Virus record (IMG/VR): IMGVR_UViG_3300017978_000035
Coordinates: 1 to 50,708 of that record
DNA length: 50,708 nucleotides
Origin: a virus
Taxonomy: Duplodnaviria > Caudoviricetes
Reading direction: 5' to 3' (one strand)
Below the pieces are notes generated by a model. That model was not told where the DNA came from. It ran no database searches and saw only the letters and a program-made list of their open reading frames with translations. Below, one piece after another: positions 35,024 to 44,469 of this stretch; position 1 is the stretch's first letter; each line of letters begins with the position of its first letter. Both the position numbers and the translations under genes were made by a program.

Positions 35024-36246
35024 TGGCACAAATTTCATTACGTTCAGATAAAGGGCGTCCACTTACAATCGCTGAAGTTGATAGTAACTTCGACTCGATT
35101 AACAAAGAGGTTGGTCTTAAACTAGACGCATCTGCATTTAACCCAACTAACATCTTGGCTCAAATTGCCCAAGCAGATGGTAAAGATAGTGGTCTAGATG
35201 CAGACAAGTTGCAAACATTCTCTCCATCAAAAGACGCTCTAGATAACACAGTTGCTGTTCGTAACCATAATGGCGATTTGTTTGCAAACAGATTCCGTGG
35301 CGATTTTGTCGGTAACGTAACTGGTAACATCACAGGTAACGTAACTGGCGATGTGAGTGGTAACGCCACAAACGTTGATGGAACAGTTGCCGTGGCTCAC
35401 GGTGGTACTAGTGCTACTACAGCTGAAGATGCTCGCGCAAACCTTGGATGTGGTTCTATGGCTATCCAAAATAAGGGTACTGTTGATATTACTGGCGGTA
35501 CTATTACAGGTATCACTGACTTGGCAGTTGCTGATGGTGGTACTGGTGCTGGTACTCCAGAAGGTGCTCGTACAAACCTTGGATTAGTTATCGGACAGCA
35601 AGTGCAAGCATACAGCAGCACATTGTCTTCTATCGCAGCATTCGGTACAACAACATTCGGTTTCGTTGTTAAGAACGCAGCAGGTGGCGCAACCACTCGT
35701 TCTATTGCAATCGGTAACTCTCTAGAAATCACAAACGCTGATGGTGTTAGTGGTAACCCAACCATTGCATTAGTTGCAAGCCCTGCGGTCACTTCTATCC
35801 AGAAGTCTGGCTCTAACGGTGTTGGTGATATCGGTCAAACTGCCAACAGATTCAACATCATCTATGGTCGTTCGACTTCAGCATCATACGCTGACTTGGC
35901 AGAGAAGTACACAACTGATCAAGAGTATGAATGTGGAACTGTTATCGTTGTATCACATGACGACAGTGGCGCTGAAGCTACTCAGAGTTTTGCATCTAAC
36001 CAACGTGTTCTTGGTGTAGTTTCTACAAACCCAGCCCACGTTATGAATGACGAATCTACTGGTCAAGCCATCGGTTTGGTTGGTCGTCTCCCAGTTAAGA
36101 TTGTTGGTCCAATCCGTAAAGGACAACCAGTTATCTCTACTCCAGACGGTAAGGGAACATTCGGTGATACATCGAACAGTTTTGGTATCGCTTTGGAAAC
36201 TAACTTGGATGCTGGCGTTAAGCTGGTCGAATGTGTAGTTAAGTAA
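35023..36246 (+). CDS. Tail fibre protein with C-terminal intramolecular-chaperone (peptidase G2/IMC-like) domain
   Basis: KG.PLT.AEVD.NF anchor, GLDADKL, GNVTG repeats, two GGT.A.T...AR.NLG repeats, ADLAEKY...GVVST.PA.VMN...GRLPVK. Confidence 0.8.
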   Translation: MAQISLRSDKGRPLTIAEVDSNFDSINKEVGLKLDASAFNPTNILAQIAQADGKDSGLDADKLQTFSPSKDALDNTVAVRNHNGDLFANRFRGDFVGNVTGNITGNVTGDVSGNATNVDGTVAVAHGGTSATTAEDARANLGCGSMAIQNKGTVDITGGTITGITDLAVADGGTGAGTPEGARTNLGLVIGQQVQAYSSTLSSIAAFGTTTFGFVVKNAAGGATTRSIAIGNSLEITNADGVSGNPTIALVASPAVTSIQKSGSNGVGDIGQTANRFNIIYGRSTSASYADLAEKYTTDQEYECGTVIVVSHDDSGAEATQSFASNQRVLGVVSTNPAHVMNDESTGQAIGLVGRLPVKIVGPIRKGQPVISTPDGKGTFGDTSNSFGIALETNLDAGVKLVECVVK

Positions 36247-36247
36247 T

Positions 36248-36772
36248 ATGCTTAAACTAGATGATGTTGTGAAGTTCATTCACAACCCTTTGGCATACGA
36301 ACAGAAGCTAGTTTCTATCATCAACACAAAGGGGGAAATCATCCCCCTTTCGTCATTTTCAGAGTTATATGGCTCTGAACCCAAGACAGTTAAAATAGAG
36401 GGTATGGAGAAATACTCTCCTGAAGTTTACCGTCACTGTGAGTGGTATAGACTTCTACATGAACATACTGGTCCAATCACGTGCCACGTGTTTATAGCCC
36501 AAGAGGACTCACCAAGTTTTCCAATGCACACAGATCCAGATGACGTTATCATCTACTGTTGTGATGGAAGAAAATCGTTGGACATCAACGGACAATATAT
36601 TACTCTAGAGGTTGGAGAGTCTATAACGATTCCAGCCAACACACCACATCGCGCTCTGAACGAACATGCATCTATGATCATGAGTATCGGACTCGAGAAG
36701 TACCTAATTGATAAAGCGAAAGATTATGAACTGGATAATTTACCTGAAGACGACGGAGACTTGCAACCTTAA
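36248..36772 (+). CDS. JmjC/cupin-type Fe(II)/2OG oxygenase
   Basis: SFPMHTDPDDV (HxD), G.K, L..G..I.IPA.TPH.A distal His. Confidence 0.8.
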   Translation: MLKLDDVVKFIHNPLAYEQKLVSIINTKGEIIPLSSFSELYGSEPKTVKIEGMEKYSPEVYRHCEWYRLLHEHTGPITCHVFIAQEDSPSFPMHTDPDDVIIYCCDGRKSLDINGQYITLEVGESITIPANTPHRALNEHASMIMSIGLEKYLIDKAKDYELDNLPEDDGDLQP

Positions 36773-37763
36773 CTGCAAGCACTGTTTCACGAATGGAACA
36801 AACGGAGCTAAGATTTATTGGTCTCCAAGAGAAGTCGGGAATTGGCTTCACAAGTTTTCTTCCATCACAAAGAAGACGGACACCGTACACTGCGAGTTTC
36901 ATGGTGGTGAACCATTCCTAGTTTCGCCTATCGAGATGCGTAACGTATGGGACTATGCTAAAGATATTCTACCGAATAGCACTTGGGGTATCACATCCAA
37001 CTTAGTCATTAAGCTATACGACGAGCACTATGAGTTTATCAAAGAATGTCTGGGTGAGCGCATTGGTACTAGCTGGGATCCGAAGATTAGATTCGCAAAT
37101 CATAAGCAGTATGAACTCTGGCACAGCAACGTTAAAGAACTTCTTCGTCGTGGTACGACTGTTAAGCTAAACATCAGCGTCACCAGAGACACAATCAACA
37201 TTGAACCGATTGTACTACTCCGCTGGATCCGCCGACTTGGTGTTCAAGAGGTTTCTTTCGAACGCCTAACTGGTAACGGTTCGGCACTAAAACACCCAGA
37301 GATATTCCCATCGAATAAAGAACAAGACGCTTGGTTCTTAAAGCTACATGAACAGTCTGAAAAGTATGGAGCCAGAGAGTGGTTTCATAACGAATTCCTA
37401 GAGAACATCTACACGAAATTCGACACTGGATTCACTGGAGCTGGAACTTTCTGTAGGGACTGCGAGGAGAAGATTTTCACTCTGAATGCAGACGGTTCTA
37501 TTGCAGGATGTCCCAACTCTGCGCCCGAAGAACAGTTCGGAGACATAAATATGACCATGAGCGAACTTATAAATAATCCTATAAGGCTCGAAAACATGGC
37601 TTGCGAAAAGAGTAGAAATGGAATCTGTTACTCTTGCGAAGTCTTTAGTCATTGCGGTGGAGACTGCCATCAATTACGATGGGAAGAATACACCTGCGGA
37701 GCACCTAAGAGTTTAATGAAATCACTATCGACCAAGAAGGTCTGGATGATAAAAGGAATTTAA
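36726..37763 (+). CDS. Radical SAM/SPASM protein 1
   Basis: CNLNCKHC, FHGGEP, C-terminal CRDC..(GCP)..CYSC.....CGGDC...C; start at Met 36726. Confidence 0.92.
   Translation: MNWIIYLKTTETCNLNCKHCFTNGTNGAKIYWSPREVGNWLHKFSSITKKTDTVHCEFHGGEPFLVSPIEMRNVWDYAKDILPNSTWGITSNLVIKLYDEHYEFIKECLGERIGTSWDPKIRFANHKQYELWHSNVKELLRRGTTVKLNISVTRDTINIEPIVLLRWIRRLGVQEVSFERLTGNGSALKHPEIFPSNKEQDAWFLKLHEQSEKYGAREWFHNEFLENIYTKFDTGFTGAGTFCRDCEEKIFTLNADGSIAGCPNSAPEEQFGDINMTMSELINNPIRLENMACEKSRNGICYSCEVFSHCGGDCHQLRWEEYTCGAPKSLMKSLSTKKVWMIKGI
37545..37575 (+). promoter_or_regulatory. Two late promoter boxes (ATAAATA 37545-51, TATAAATA 37568-75) internal to rSAM1
   Basis: Full T4 consensus TATAAATA about 190 nt upstream of 37764. 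Confidence 0.45.
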
Positions 37764-38360
37764 ATGGCATCACTAGATGTAGGAACAGAAGCCGTTGTCA
37801 AACAAGACATTGTAGACAGATACGCTGACTGGGTCTCCAATTACGCGAACAGTAGTTTGTCGTGGGGCACTAACGTGTATCCATTCCCAGAGTGGACATA
37901 TGGTAGTTTGTTTGGTGGTCCAACATCAGGCAAAGCAATCAGTATCACTGGCGCAAACTTATCAAACGGTTCTACTGGCGACTTGATTAATGAGGAAAGA
38001 ATCCTCGCTCAGTGTACAACTGATGCCAATCGATATAATATGTTTAGAGCGCTAAGAGCCAGACTGATCGTTGGTGGTAATGGTGGTAATACTGGAACAC
38101 GCCCGTTAGCTGGTGTTGTGTATGACACTACTGCAAAAGCATATTTGACGGCAGGTTACGCCAATGCGTTCACTCAGCCGACTGCACCAACTGAGATGGC
38201 GACTGGTGGTTTAGTCCAAGCAGCTGATCTAGAATCATTCTTCTCTGCGTTAAGAACTGCTTGGTTAGGTGCCACTGACACATCTATCGGTACATACGAC
38301 GTAAACGTATGCCACGCTTCTTGCCACACATCATGCCATAGTTCTAGAGGAAGACGTTAA
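37764..38360 (+). CDS. Candidate modified substrate: virion-like protein with C-terminal (CHxS)3-RGRR
   Basis: Gly/Thr/Ala/Ser-rich body; ends CHASCHTSCHSSRGRR; directly follows rSAM1. Confidence 0.7.
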   Translation: MASLDVGTEAVVKQDIVDRYADWVSNYANSSLSWGTNVYPFPEWTYGSLFGGPTSGKAISITGANLSNGSTGDLINEERILAQCTTDANRYNMFRALRARLIVGGNGGNTGTRPLAGVVYDTTAKAYLTAGYANAFTQPTAPTEMATGGLVQAADLESFFSALRTAWLGATDTSIGTYDVNVCHASCHTSCHSSRGRR

Positions 38361-39076
38361 TGAATATTGTGATTACTGCTGCTCCAATCTCAATCGAGAA
38401 CCTTAAAAAGTTCTTCACTGACAAGAGCACTTTCTATGTTATCAACTATAAAGACAGCGCATTAAAAGGCTCTAAGTTACTAACATACCTTAGCAACCTA
38501 GACATTCCATGTGACATTGATTTCACGGGAACTGCTGATGAAGAATTTTCTGCTATGATAACTGACTATCTAAAGGCTAAGGTTTTGGTGAACATTAGAT
38601 CTCTAGAAACTATCGCGATGCACTTGATGTTTCAACGTAAGGGGTTGACTAAACTAATCGACGTTGATCTAGTTGAGAACAACCTCGATACCCTAGCTTC
38701 TTGGAATAATAAGATTGACAGCTTAATCGTTTACAATATGTCGACTGTTAAAGGTGCGTTTGAAAGCACTGTCGCTGAATATCCAGTAGACGACACAAGA
38801 GAACTAGAAGGTATCAACTTCGTTAGCTTGTTGAAGAACCCAGATCTCTATCAAACCTACGATCTGGTCGACAACAGAACACTAAAAAATTACACTAGCT
38901 ATTTCAACGATTACATGTTCAAAGGTAGAAACATGTACTCTTTTTGGGCTAATGAAAACAACCCAGTATTCTTATTGACTTACGGTATTGCCAATGGGTT
39001 ATGTACCAGAGACCAGTTAGAGACTGCACTAAAAAACACTAAAGAGGAAATGCAAGATGTTGCACCTATTCAATAA
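38360..39076 (+). CDS. Hypothetical protein
   Basis: TAATG-coupled to the candidate substrate; no recognisable motif. Confidence 0.75.
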   Translation: MNIVITAAPISIENLKKFFTDKSTFYVINYKDSALKGSKLLTYLSNLDIPCDIDFTGTADEEFSAMITDYLKAKVLVNIRSLETIAMHLMFQRKGLTKLIDVDLVENNLDTLASWNNKIDSLIVYNMSTVKGAFESTVAEYPVDDTRELEGINFVSLLKNPDLYQTYDLVDNRTLKNYTSYFNDYMFKGRNMYSFWANENNPVFLLTYGIANGLCTRDQLETALKNTKEEMQDVAPIQ

Positions 39077-40181
39077 AGTATATCTTGAGTTTGATGAAAA
39101 GATTGATATCAATTATGATCGCGTAATCATCTCTGACCAGTATGGCGTTCAGATGTACCAAGCGTTGGACAAGGTTGCCCAAGGCGAATTACTTGCATAT
39201 GGTAAGACATATGAAGAAGTTGTCATCGGTGACGACATCATCGGTTTCATCACATCTCTAAAAGACTTCAGCAAGACAACTGGTTTAGACCGCAAGATTG
39301 TTGTTTACTGTGATAAGTTAGCATTCAAGAAGTTCATCGCTATTTGGTATAAAACAATTATGCCTGAGATGGATGAAGAAGGTTTCGCTCAGATCGTTAA
39401 ACACATCATCTATAACCAACGCGCAGTTTCGAACACTCAACTCTCTTCATCACATAGCGTTTCACTACAAACTATCTGGGATAGTTTCGATGATATCAAT
39501 GACTATTGGAATGAAGCGCCATCGTTAAGCGAAGAAGACAAGGTTACGTTTGATGCTATCGGTATCAAGTTATCATACGAATACCTAGTTGCTGACTACC
39601 TTTCTGGATCAGAAAACTACAAAGAAGAACTTCGTTCTACAATGCATATGTTCATGCGCAGATGGTTTAAGGAAATCTTCACAGACAATCGCCAAATGGT
39701 TTTGTTAAACCTACCCAGCCACAGCTTCCAAACAGCATTTGATATCGATCCAGAAATGGTGGACGTCACTCGAGTAGACCCATTGGCAGGTATCGCTGGC
39801 TTCGAGTATTACGCAGACGATGAAATCTGGGAACGCTCTGAGGAATTTGCAACAGGCATCTTTGGTGTATGTAACTTACAAGGTTTGAGCGAAGAACAAG
39901 TCACAGGTTTGAAGAATACTCTATTGAACGTGTACAGCAAATTCGAAGGAATGCAAATTGATCGTTCTATGTTTGAGGTTCTTGAATGGGCTAAGATCGC
40001 AGCACGCGATACTATCACAGACGAAGAACTTGAAACAATCCTAGATTACGTTGTCAACAAACCATTCGACACAAACTTGATTCCACGTTTCGACTTCCAG
40101 AACGTAAACTTCCCATTGTTCTTATACTTCTTGAGCCAAAAACACAAAGGTGCTGACTTAAGCAAATTCAGACTGGTTTAA
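39057..40181 (+). CDS. Hypothetical protein
   Basis: 374-aa acidic ORF, GAGG RBS, 20-nt overlap; no confident family. Confidence 0.78.
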   Translation: MLHLFNKVYLEFDEKIDINYDRVIISDQYGVQMYQALDKVAQGELLAYGKTYEEVVIGDDIIGFITSLKDFSKTTGLDRKIVVYCDKLAFKKFIAIWYKTIMPEMDEEGFAQIVKHIIYNQRAVSNTQLSSSHSVSLQTIWDSFDDINDYWNEAPSLSEEDKVTFDAIGIKLSYEYLVADYLSGSENYKEELRSTMHMFMRRWFKEIFTDNRQMVLLNLPSHSFQTAFDIDPEMVDVTRVDPLAGIAGFEYYADDEIWERSEEFATGIFGVCNLQGLSEEQVTGLKNTLLNVYSKFEGMQIDRSMFEVLEWAKIAARDTITDEELETILDYVVNKPFDTNLIPRFDFQNVNFPLFLYFLSQKHKGADLSKFRLV

Positions 40182-40183
40182 TA

Positions 40184-41248
40184 ATGCGCGATTTTATTAT
40201 TGAAAAGAAGCGAGACCCAGAGCAAGAATATACTCTACATTTGTTCGAGTATTGTAACCTGCGTTGCTCCTTCTGTTGGCAAGATCATGAGAATCGAGTT
40301 GGTATAAACTCGATCATCGATAAGCTAGAACCTATCGAGAAATTTCTACAAACAGAGACTCGCCACTCAGTTGTTTTCAATGCAATGGGTGGTGAGGTTT
40401 TTGCTCCAGAGATTTTTGATGAGTCTTTATTGCAACAGTACAAGAACCTATCTTGGGGTATCAAAGAGCTAGGTAAGAAGTACAACAAGCAAGTGAAAGT
40501 TAACTGGGTCACTAACCTAGTGACGAACAAGATTAACCATATTGAAGACTTGTTAAACTATTCAACGACAATTGGGTTGAACGCTCAGTTAGTCACGTCA
40601 TACGATCCACGTGGTCGTTTCAACGTCAATGACTTTATCCAGTTCAAGAAGAACATGGATTATTTCGGTAAGAGAATCACATGCATCAGCATGCTTCTGA
40701 ATTCTCCTAATATTGACTACATCCTAAAAGACAAAGACCCATACTTCAAGAAGCTGTATAACGAAGGTTATTACATCTACTTCGACTACTACATGCCAGA
40801 CGAGTCTGCAGAGTTTCAAGCACCAACAGACCAGCAACTGCGCGATGTGTTCAGACACTTCATTGATAATTACCCGAACGTCCACCCAATAAGCGACTGG
40901 ATTAACAGCGATAAGAACTACGCTTCATGTAGAACTAGCAAGTTAGTTCTAGCCGATGGAACGATGTGTAACTGTGGTAACTTGGTTCAAGACGAGAAGG
41001 TTATTAAATTCTACTCATCCAAAATCGAGAAGGCAGACAACGCTGCCATAGAAGACAGGTTCTTGGAAAAGTACGACTGCGCTTCTTGCGAGTACTTGGA
41101 CAGATGCAGCTTCGGTTGTTTCATGCAGCATGACTACAAATTTAGGGATGAACTTGATGAATGTGTCTACAAACTTACGCACAGATATATCGATGATGTA
41201 CGAGTACAGCGAGGAATCAAAACCTCTATCAGTACAGCTACAACCTAA
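40184..41248 (+). CDS. Radical SAM/SPASM protein 2
   Basis: CNLRCSFC, MGGE, VTN, C-terminal C..(CNC)..CASC.....CSFGC...C. Confidence 0.9.
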   Translation: MRDFIIEKKRDPEQEYTLHLFEYCNLRCSFCWQDHENRVGINSIIDKLEPIEKFLQTETRHSVVFNAMGGEVFAPEIFDESLLQQYKNLSWGIKELGKKYNKQVKVNWVTNLVTNKINHIEDLLNYSTTIGLNAQLVTSYDPRGRFNVNDFIQFKKNMDYFGKRITCISMLLNSPNIDYILKDKDPYFKKLYNEGYYIYFDYYMPDESAEFQAPTDQQLRDVFRHFIDNYPNVHPISDWINSDKNYASCRTSKLVLADGTMCNCGNLVQDEKVIKFYSSKIEKADNAAIEDRFLEKYDCASCEYLDRCSFGCFMQHDYKFRDELDECVYKLTHRYIDDVRVQRGIKTSISTATT

Positions 41249-41741
41249 TATCGAAGTCCAACAGGACAAACTCCCAACAAAACACCCATACGTGCCTCGC
41301 ATTTGCAAGGACAGGGGATACTTTCTCATCTGGTATGGAACACCAGAAACTGATCCAGACCTAGTCATGTTATCTCTAGCGTGCAAGAAAGAAGAGCAAT
41401 GGGTAAACTGCTCAGAAGAATGGATGATTGAAAAGGGTGTGGCTCTGGTTTATCCGTATGAAGATGAAGTCATCATCGGTTCTCTGAAGACTGCTGGATA
41501 CATGAACACTCGTTCTAGACCAGAACTTCGAAGATTCATAAAGTCCATGTGGGATGACATCATTGTAATGTTCGGAGACAAGCGCATCATTTGCCCATCT
41601 GGTTCATACATAGAACAACTACACATAAGTATAAATCAGAAACGAATTCCACACGATGCATATTTGGCTAAGATAATGCAGAGCAAGGGCTTCGTTAGAT
41701 ACGGCGATTATTGGATTAGAGATGAACATCTATTGGCTTAA
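41193..41741 (+). CDS. Hypothetical protein (possibly degenerate GNAT-like)
   Basis: Overlap-coupled; start uncertain (41193 preferred over 41130); C-terminal ..KGF.. pattern. Confidence 0.6.
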   Translation: MMYEYSEESKPLSVQLQPNIEVQQDKLPTKHPYVPRICKDRGYFLIWYGTPETDPDLVMLSLACKKEEQWVNCSEEWMIEKGVALVYPYEDEVIIGSLKTAGYMNTRSRPELRRFIKSMWDDIIVMFGDKRIICPSGSYIEQLHISINQKRIPHDAYLAKIMQSKGFVRYGDYWIRDEHLLA

Positions 41742-43272
41742 CCCTCCACCAAGAACTACAGTGTTAGTCCCTGATTTGGGGTGGATGAATTTCAACACAC
41801 AGTGTCCAGAATACAACTGGGTTCAGCCAATCATTGATTGGAGCGATTACTCCAGCGTGGATGATGTTGTGAGACATATTGTAGAATCCAATACCAACGT
41901 ATTGTGCATCAGTACATACCTATGGAACTTCACGTTGTGTCATGAAGTTGCAGAAGAAGCTAAACGTAGGATTCCATCCTTGGTAGTAATTCAAGGTGGT
42001 CCACAACAAGGATACCGCGATGGCTTCTTTGATGAACACCCATACATTGACTACTTGTGTTATGCTACTGGGCACGGAGAAGACTTTTTGGTTCAGGCTC
42101 TGTCTCAAATTAAGAAGTATGGTAGCATCTTATTTCCAAACAATGTACCATTCTTAATCAGTCGCACCTACACTTCTACGGTAACGAAGGGTAAGTTCGA
42201 ATTCTCAGAACAGTCTCCTCTAGAAAATAACATAGCATATTTGTCTGAGGTTGTTTCCGAAGCCAAGATTAGAAATAAAAAGACATCCCTACCATTCGAG
42301 ACAGCAAGAGGTTGTCCATACTCTTGCACATACTGCGAATGGGGTGGTGGTACTGGGACTAAGGTTAGCAGAAAACCACAAGAGCGAATCCTTCGAGAGA
42401 TTGATCTGATTTCTATACTGGGTATTGATGAGGTTGAAATCATTGACGCGAATTTTGGAATCTTCAATAAAGACATTCAAGTTCTCGAGTACATGGTTGC
42501 ACAGAGAAAGATTACAGGATATCCAAAACAACTGATGGTTTATGGGCTGGCTAAGGTAGACCCACGAAAGAAGGACACCATCCTAGACGCTATGTTTAGA
42601 GAAGGGTTGATGGAATCGTACAGCATGTCAATCCAATCTGCGAGTCAAGATGTTCTGATTGCTTCTAAGAGAACTGACATTAGCGTTGAAGATCAACTGG
42701 CTCTGGCTAGAAAATACATTGACAAATATAACGCGAGCATTAAGGTAGAAGTTATCCTTGGCTTGCCAGAAAGCACACTTGATACATTCTACGAAGAGAT
42801 GGACTTCTTCCAAGAATGCGAGACATGGTATCAACCAAGAAACATCTTCTGTTTGCTACCGAACACAGAGGCGTACACTGACGTGTATAGAGACAAGTAC
42901 GGTATCAAATCCGTTAAGGTTATCCATGTAGAGACCGAAGAGGAGAATCACTCAACTGCCTCCACTGGGGTTATCACTAAGTACAAGTCCAAACTCGACA
43001 TAGTAGTTGGAACAAACACCTACACGACAGAAGAGTGGAAAGAAATGTTCTTTATGAACAGAGCGCAGAGGGTTCTCGGTCCAAAGTTAAATGGTAGAAA
43101 AGCCAGCACACATATGCGTGAATGGTTCAATCGAGTTAAACGCGAAGAGTGGTACAAACAGATTGACGACTGGACAACAAAGCTAGTCAATGGAGAGTTG
43201 TCAGATGTTGATTATAACACAGTCAACGGTGTTCCAATTGAAAACATAATCGAGGAAAACTGTGAATTATAA
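41722..43272 (+). CDS. B12-binding radical SAM protein (class B methyltransferase-like)
   Basis: N-terminal STYLWN...A...K...P...VI.GGP, G.GE cobalamin domain; ETARGCPYSCTYC.WG; DANFG; ILGLP. Confidence 0.9.
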   Translation: MNIYWLNPPPRTTVLVPDLGWMNFNTQCPEYNWVQPIIDWSDYSSVDDVVRHIVESNTNVLCISTYLWNFTLCHEVAEEAKRRIPSLVVIQGGPQQGYRDGFFDEHPYIDYLCYATGHGEDFLVQALSQIKKYGSILFPNNVPFLISRTYTSTVTKGKFEFSEQSPLENNIAYLSEVVSEAKIRNKKTSLPFETARGCPYSCTYCEWGGGTGTKVSRKPQERILREIDLISILGIDEVEIIDANFGIFNKDIQVLEYMVAQRKITGYPKQLMVYGLAKVDPRKKDTILDAMFREGLMESYSMSIQSASQDVLIASKRTDISVEDQLALARKYIDKYNASIKVEVILGLPESTLDTFYEEMDFFQECETWYQPRNIFCLLPNTEAYTDVYRDKYGIKSVKVIHVETEEENHSTASTGVITKYKSKLDIVVGTNTYTTEEWKEMFFMNRAQRVLGPKLNGRKASTHMREWFNRVKREEWYKQIDDWTTKLVNGELSDVDYNTVNGVPIENIIEENCEL

Positions 43273-43843
43273 CTTATGGGCAACACCCGTTACTGTTTTA
43301 GACAACTACATTCAGAGCGATGAGTTGATTCAAAAACTCAAGGAAGAATCTCTAATCCCAAAAACAGTAGAGGGGCAGAATCGAACTACACTAACTGAAG
43401 CGCAGAAAGAACTGCATGCTCTGGTCAATCTGGCAGTAGTGAACTATTGTTTAGAGAACGACATCGACTTTAATTCTCTTGCGTTCGGCAACTTGCAACG
43501 TGGGTGTTTGAACAAGTATGATAAGGGTATGGTAACGAACCATCTGTATGAACCACATCATGACATAGCAGAAGGTTCTTACATCACAGCGTTGTATTAT
43601 GTGGACTCTGCTTACACCGAAGCCGAATGGTGTGGTGGTGAGTTGACTCTTTACAAACACACTACGTTTGTTGACTATCCAGAAAACACAATCAACATTT
43701 TACCGAAACCGAATAGGTTAATCATATTTCCAGGCTTCACCTTGCATAGAGTTAAACCTTATTTCGGCGATAAGCCAAGAACGAGTTTAGTGTTCGGGTG
43801 GAAAGTTGACGAACCGAAAGTTTGCGAACCACTTGTTGTATGA
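43262..43843 (+). CDS. Fe(II)/2OG oxygenase (prolyl-hydroxylase-like)
   Basis: PHHD, LYY, GGEL, P.PNRLIIFP, HRV, R.S. Confidence 0.85.
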   Translation: MNYNLWATPVTVLDNYIQSDELIQKLKEESLIPKTVEGQNRTTLTEAQKELHALVNLAVVNYCLENDIDFNSLAFGNLQRGCLNKYDKGMVTNHLYEPHHDIAEGSYITALYYVDSAYTEAEWCGGELTLYKHTTFVDYPENTINILPKPNRLIIFPGFTLHRVKPYFGDKPRTSLVFGWKVDEPKVCEPLVV

Positions 43844-44469
43844 CTGAACTAGATTTCTTCGACAAAGGGTATCACATAACCAAAGCGCCAGAGTCTATCA
43901 TAACAGACTTGTGGAGGTTGGTGTATACATCAGAGTGGGTGAAGACTCCACATAAAACATATTTGCAATACGACGTAGACAACTTCAGAGTACCAACATG
44001 GCACCCAGAGATTGTCTCTGGTAGTCCCAAACCAGAAGAAGGTAACCACTACTGGGGTAGCAAAGACATAGACAAACAGCCGAAAGAATTCGTCTCAATA
44101 GGTGAGGAGATATCTAAGCTGCAGTTGTTTGATGTGCTTCGCTCTTATGGAAGAACACCAACTCTTAAATATCTGTCTGCTTGGAATGGTGCTGCTGATT
44201 TACCATGGCACTCAGACATCAATGACAGTACTGACATTATAGTTTTGGTATACCTCACAGAAGAAGAAACGTGGGATGACTCTTGGGGTGGAACTATCCA
44301 GTTTCGCCGCATCGGTAACAACACATCTGCGCATCGAAAGTTGCAACCACTTAACGGCAACATGGTAGTGATGAATAACACTAACCCATTGATGCAACAC
44401 AAAACATCCCCTATGATAAATCCCTATGTAAATAGGTATACATTTAATTTCTGCTACTCATGGACTTGA
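43840..44469 (+). CDS. Fe(II)/2OG oxygenase
   Basis: WHSD, LVYL, W...WGG, H.T, R.T; ATGA start 43840. Confidence 0.85.
   Translation: MTELDFFDKGYHITKAPESIITDLWRLVYTSEWVKTPHKTYLQYDVDNFRVPTWHPEIVSGSPKPEEGNHYWGSKDIDKQPKEFVSIGEEISKLQLFDVLRSYGRTPTLKYLSAWNGAADLPWHSDINDSTDIIVLVYLTEEETWDDSWGGTIQFRRIGNNTSAHRKLQPLNGNMVVMNNTNPLMQHKTSPMINPYVNRYTFNFCYSWT

Noticed and set aside
38310-38345. CH motifs as c-type heme-binding sites
   Set aside because: Spacing is CxxxCH, not canonical CxxCH, and there is no signal peptide or cytochrome c maturation gene; not fully excluded
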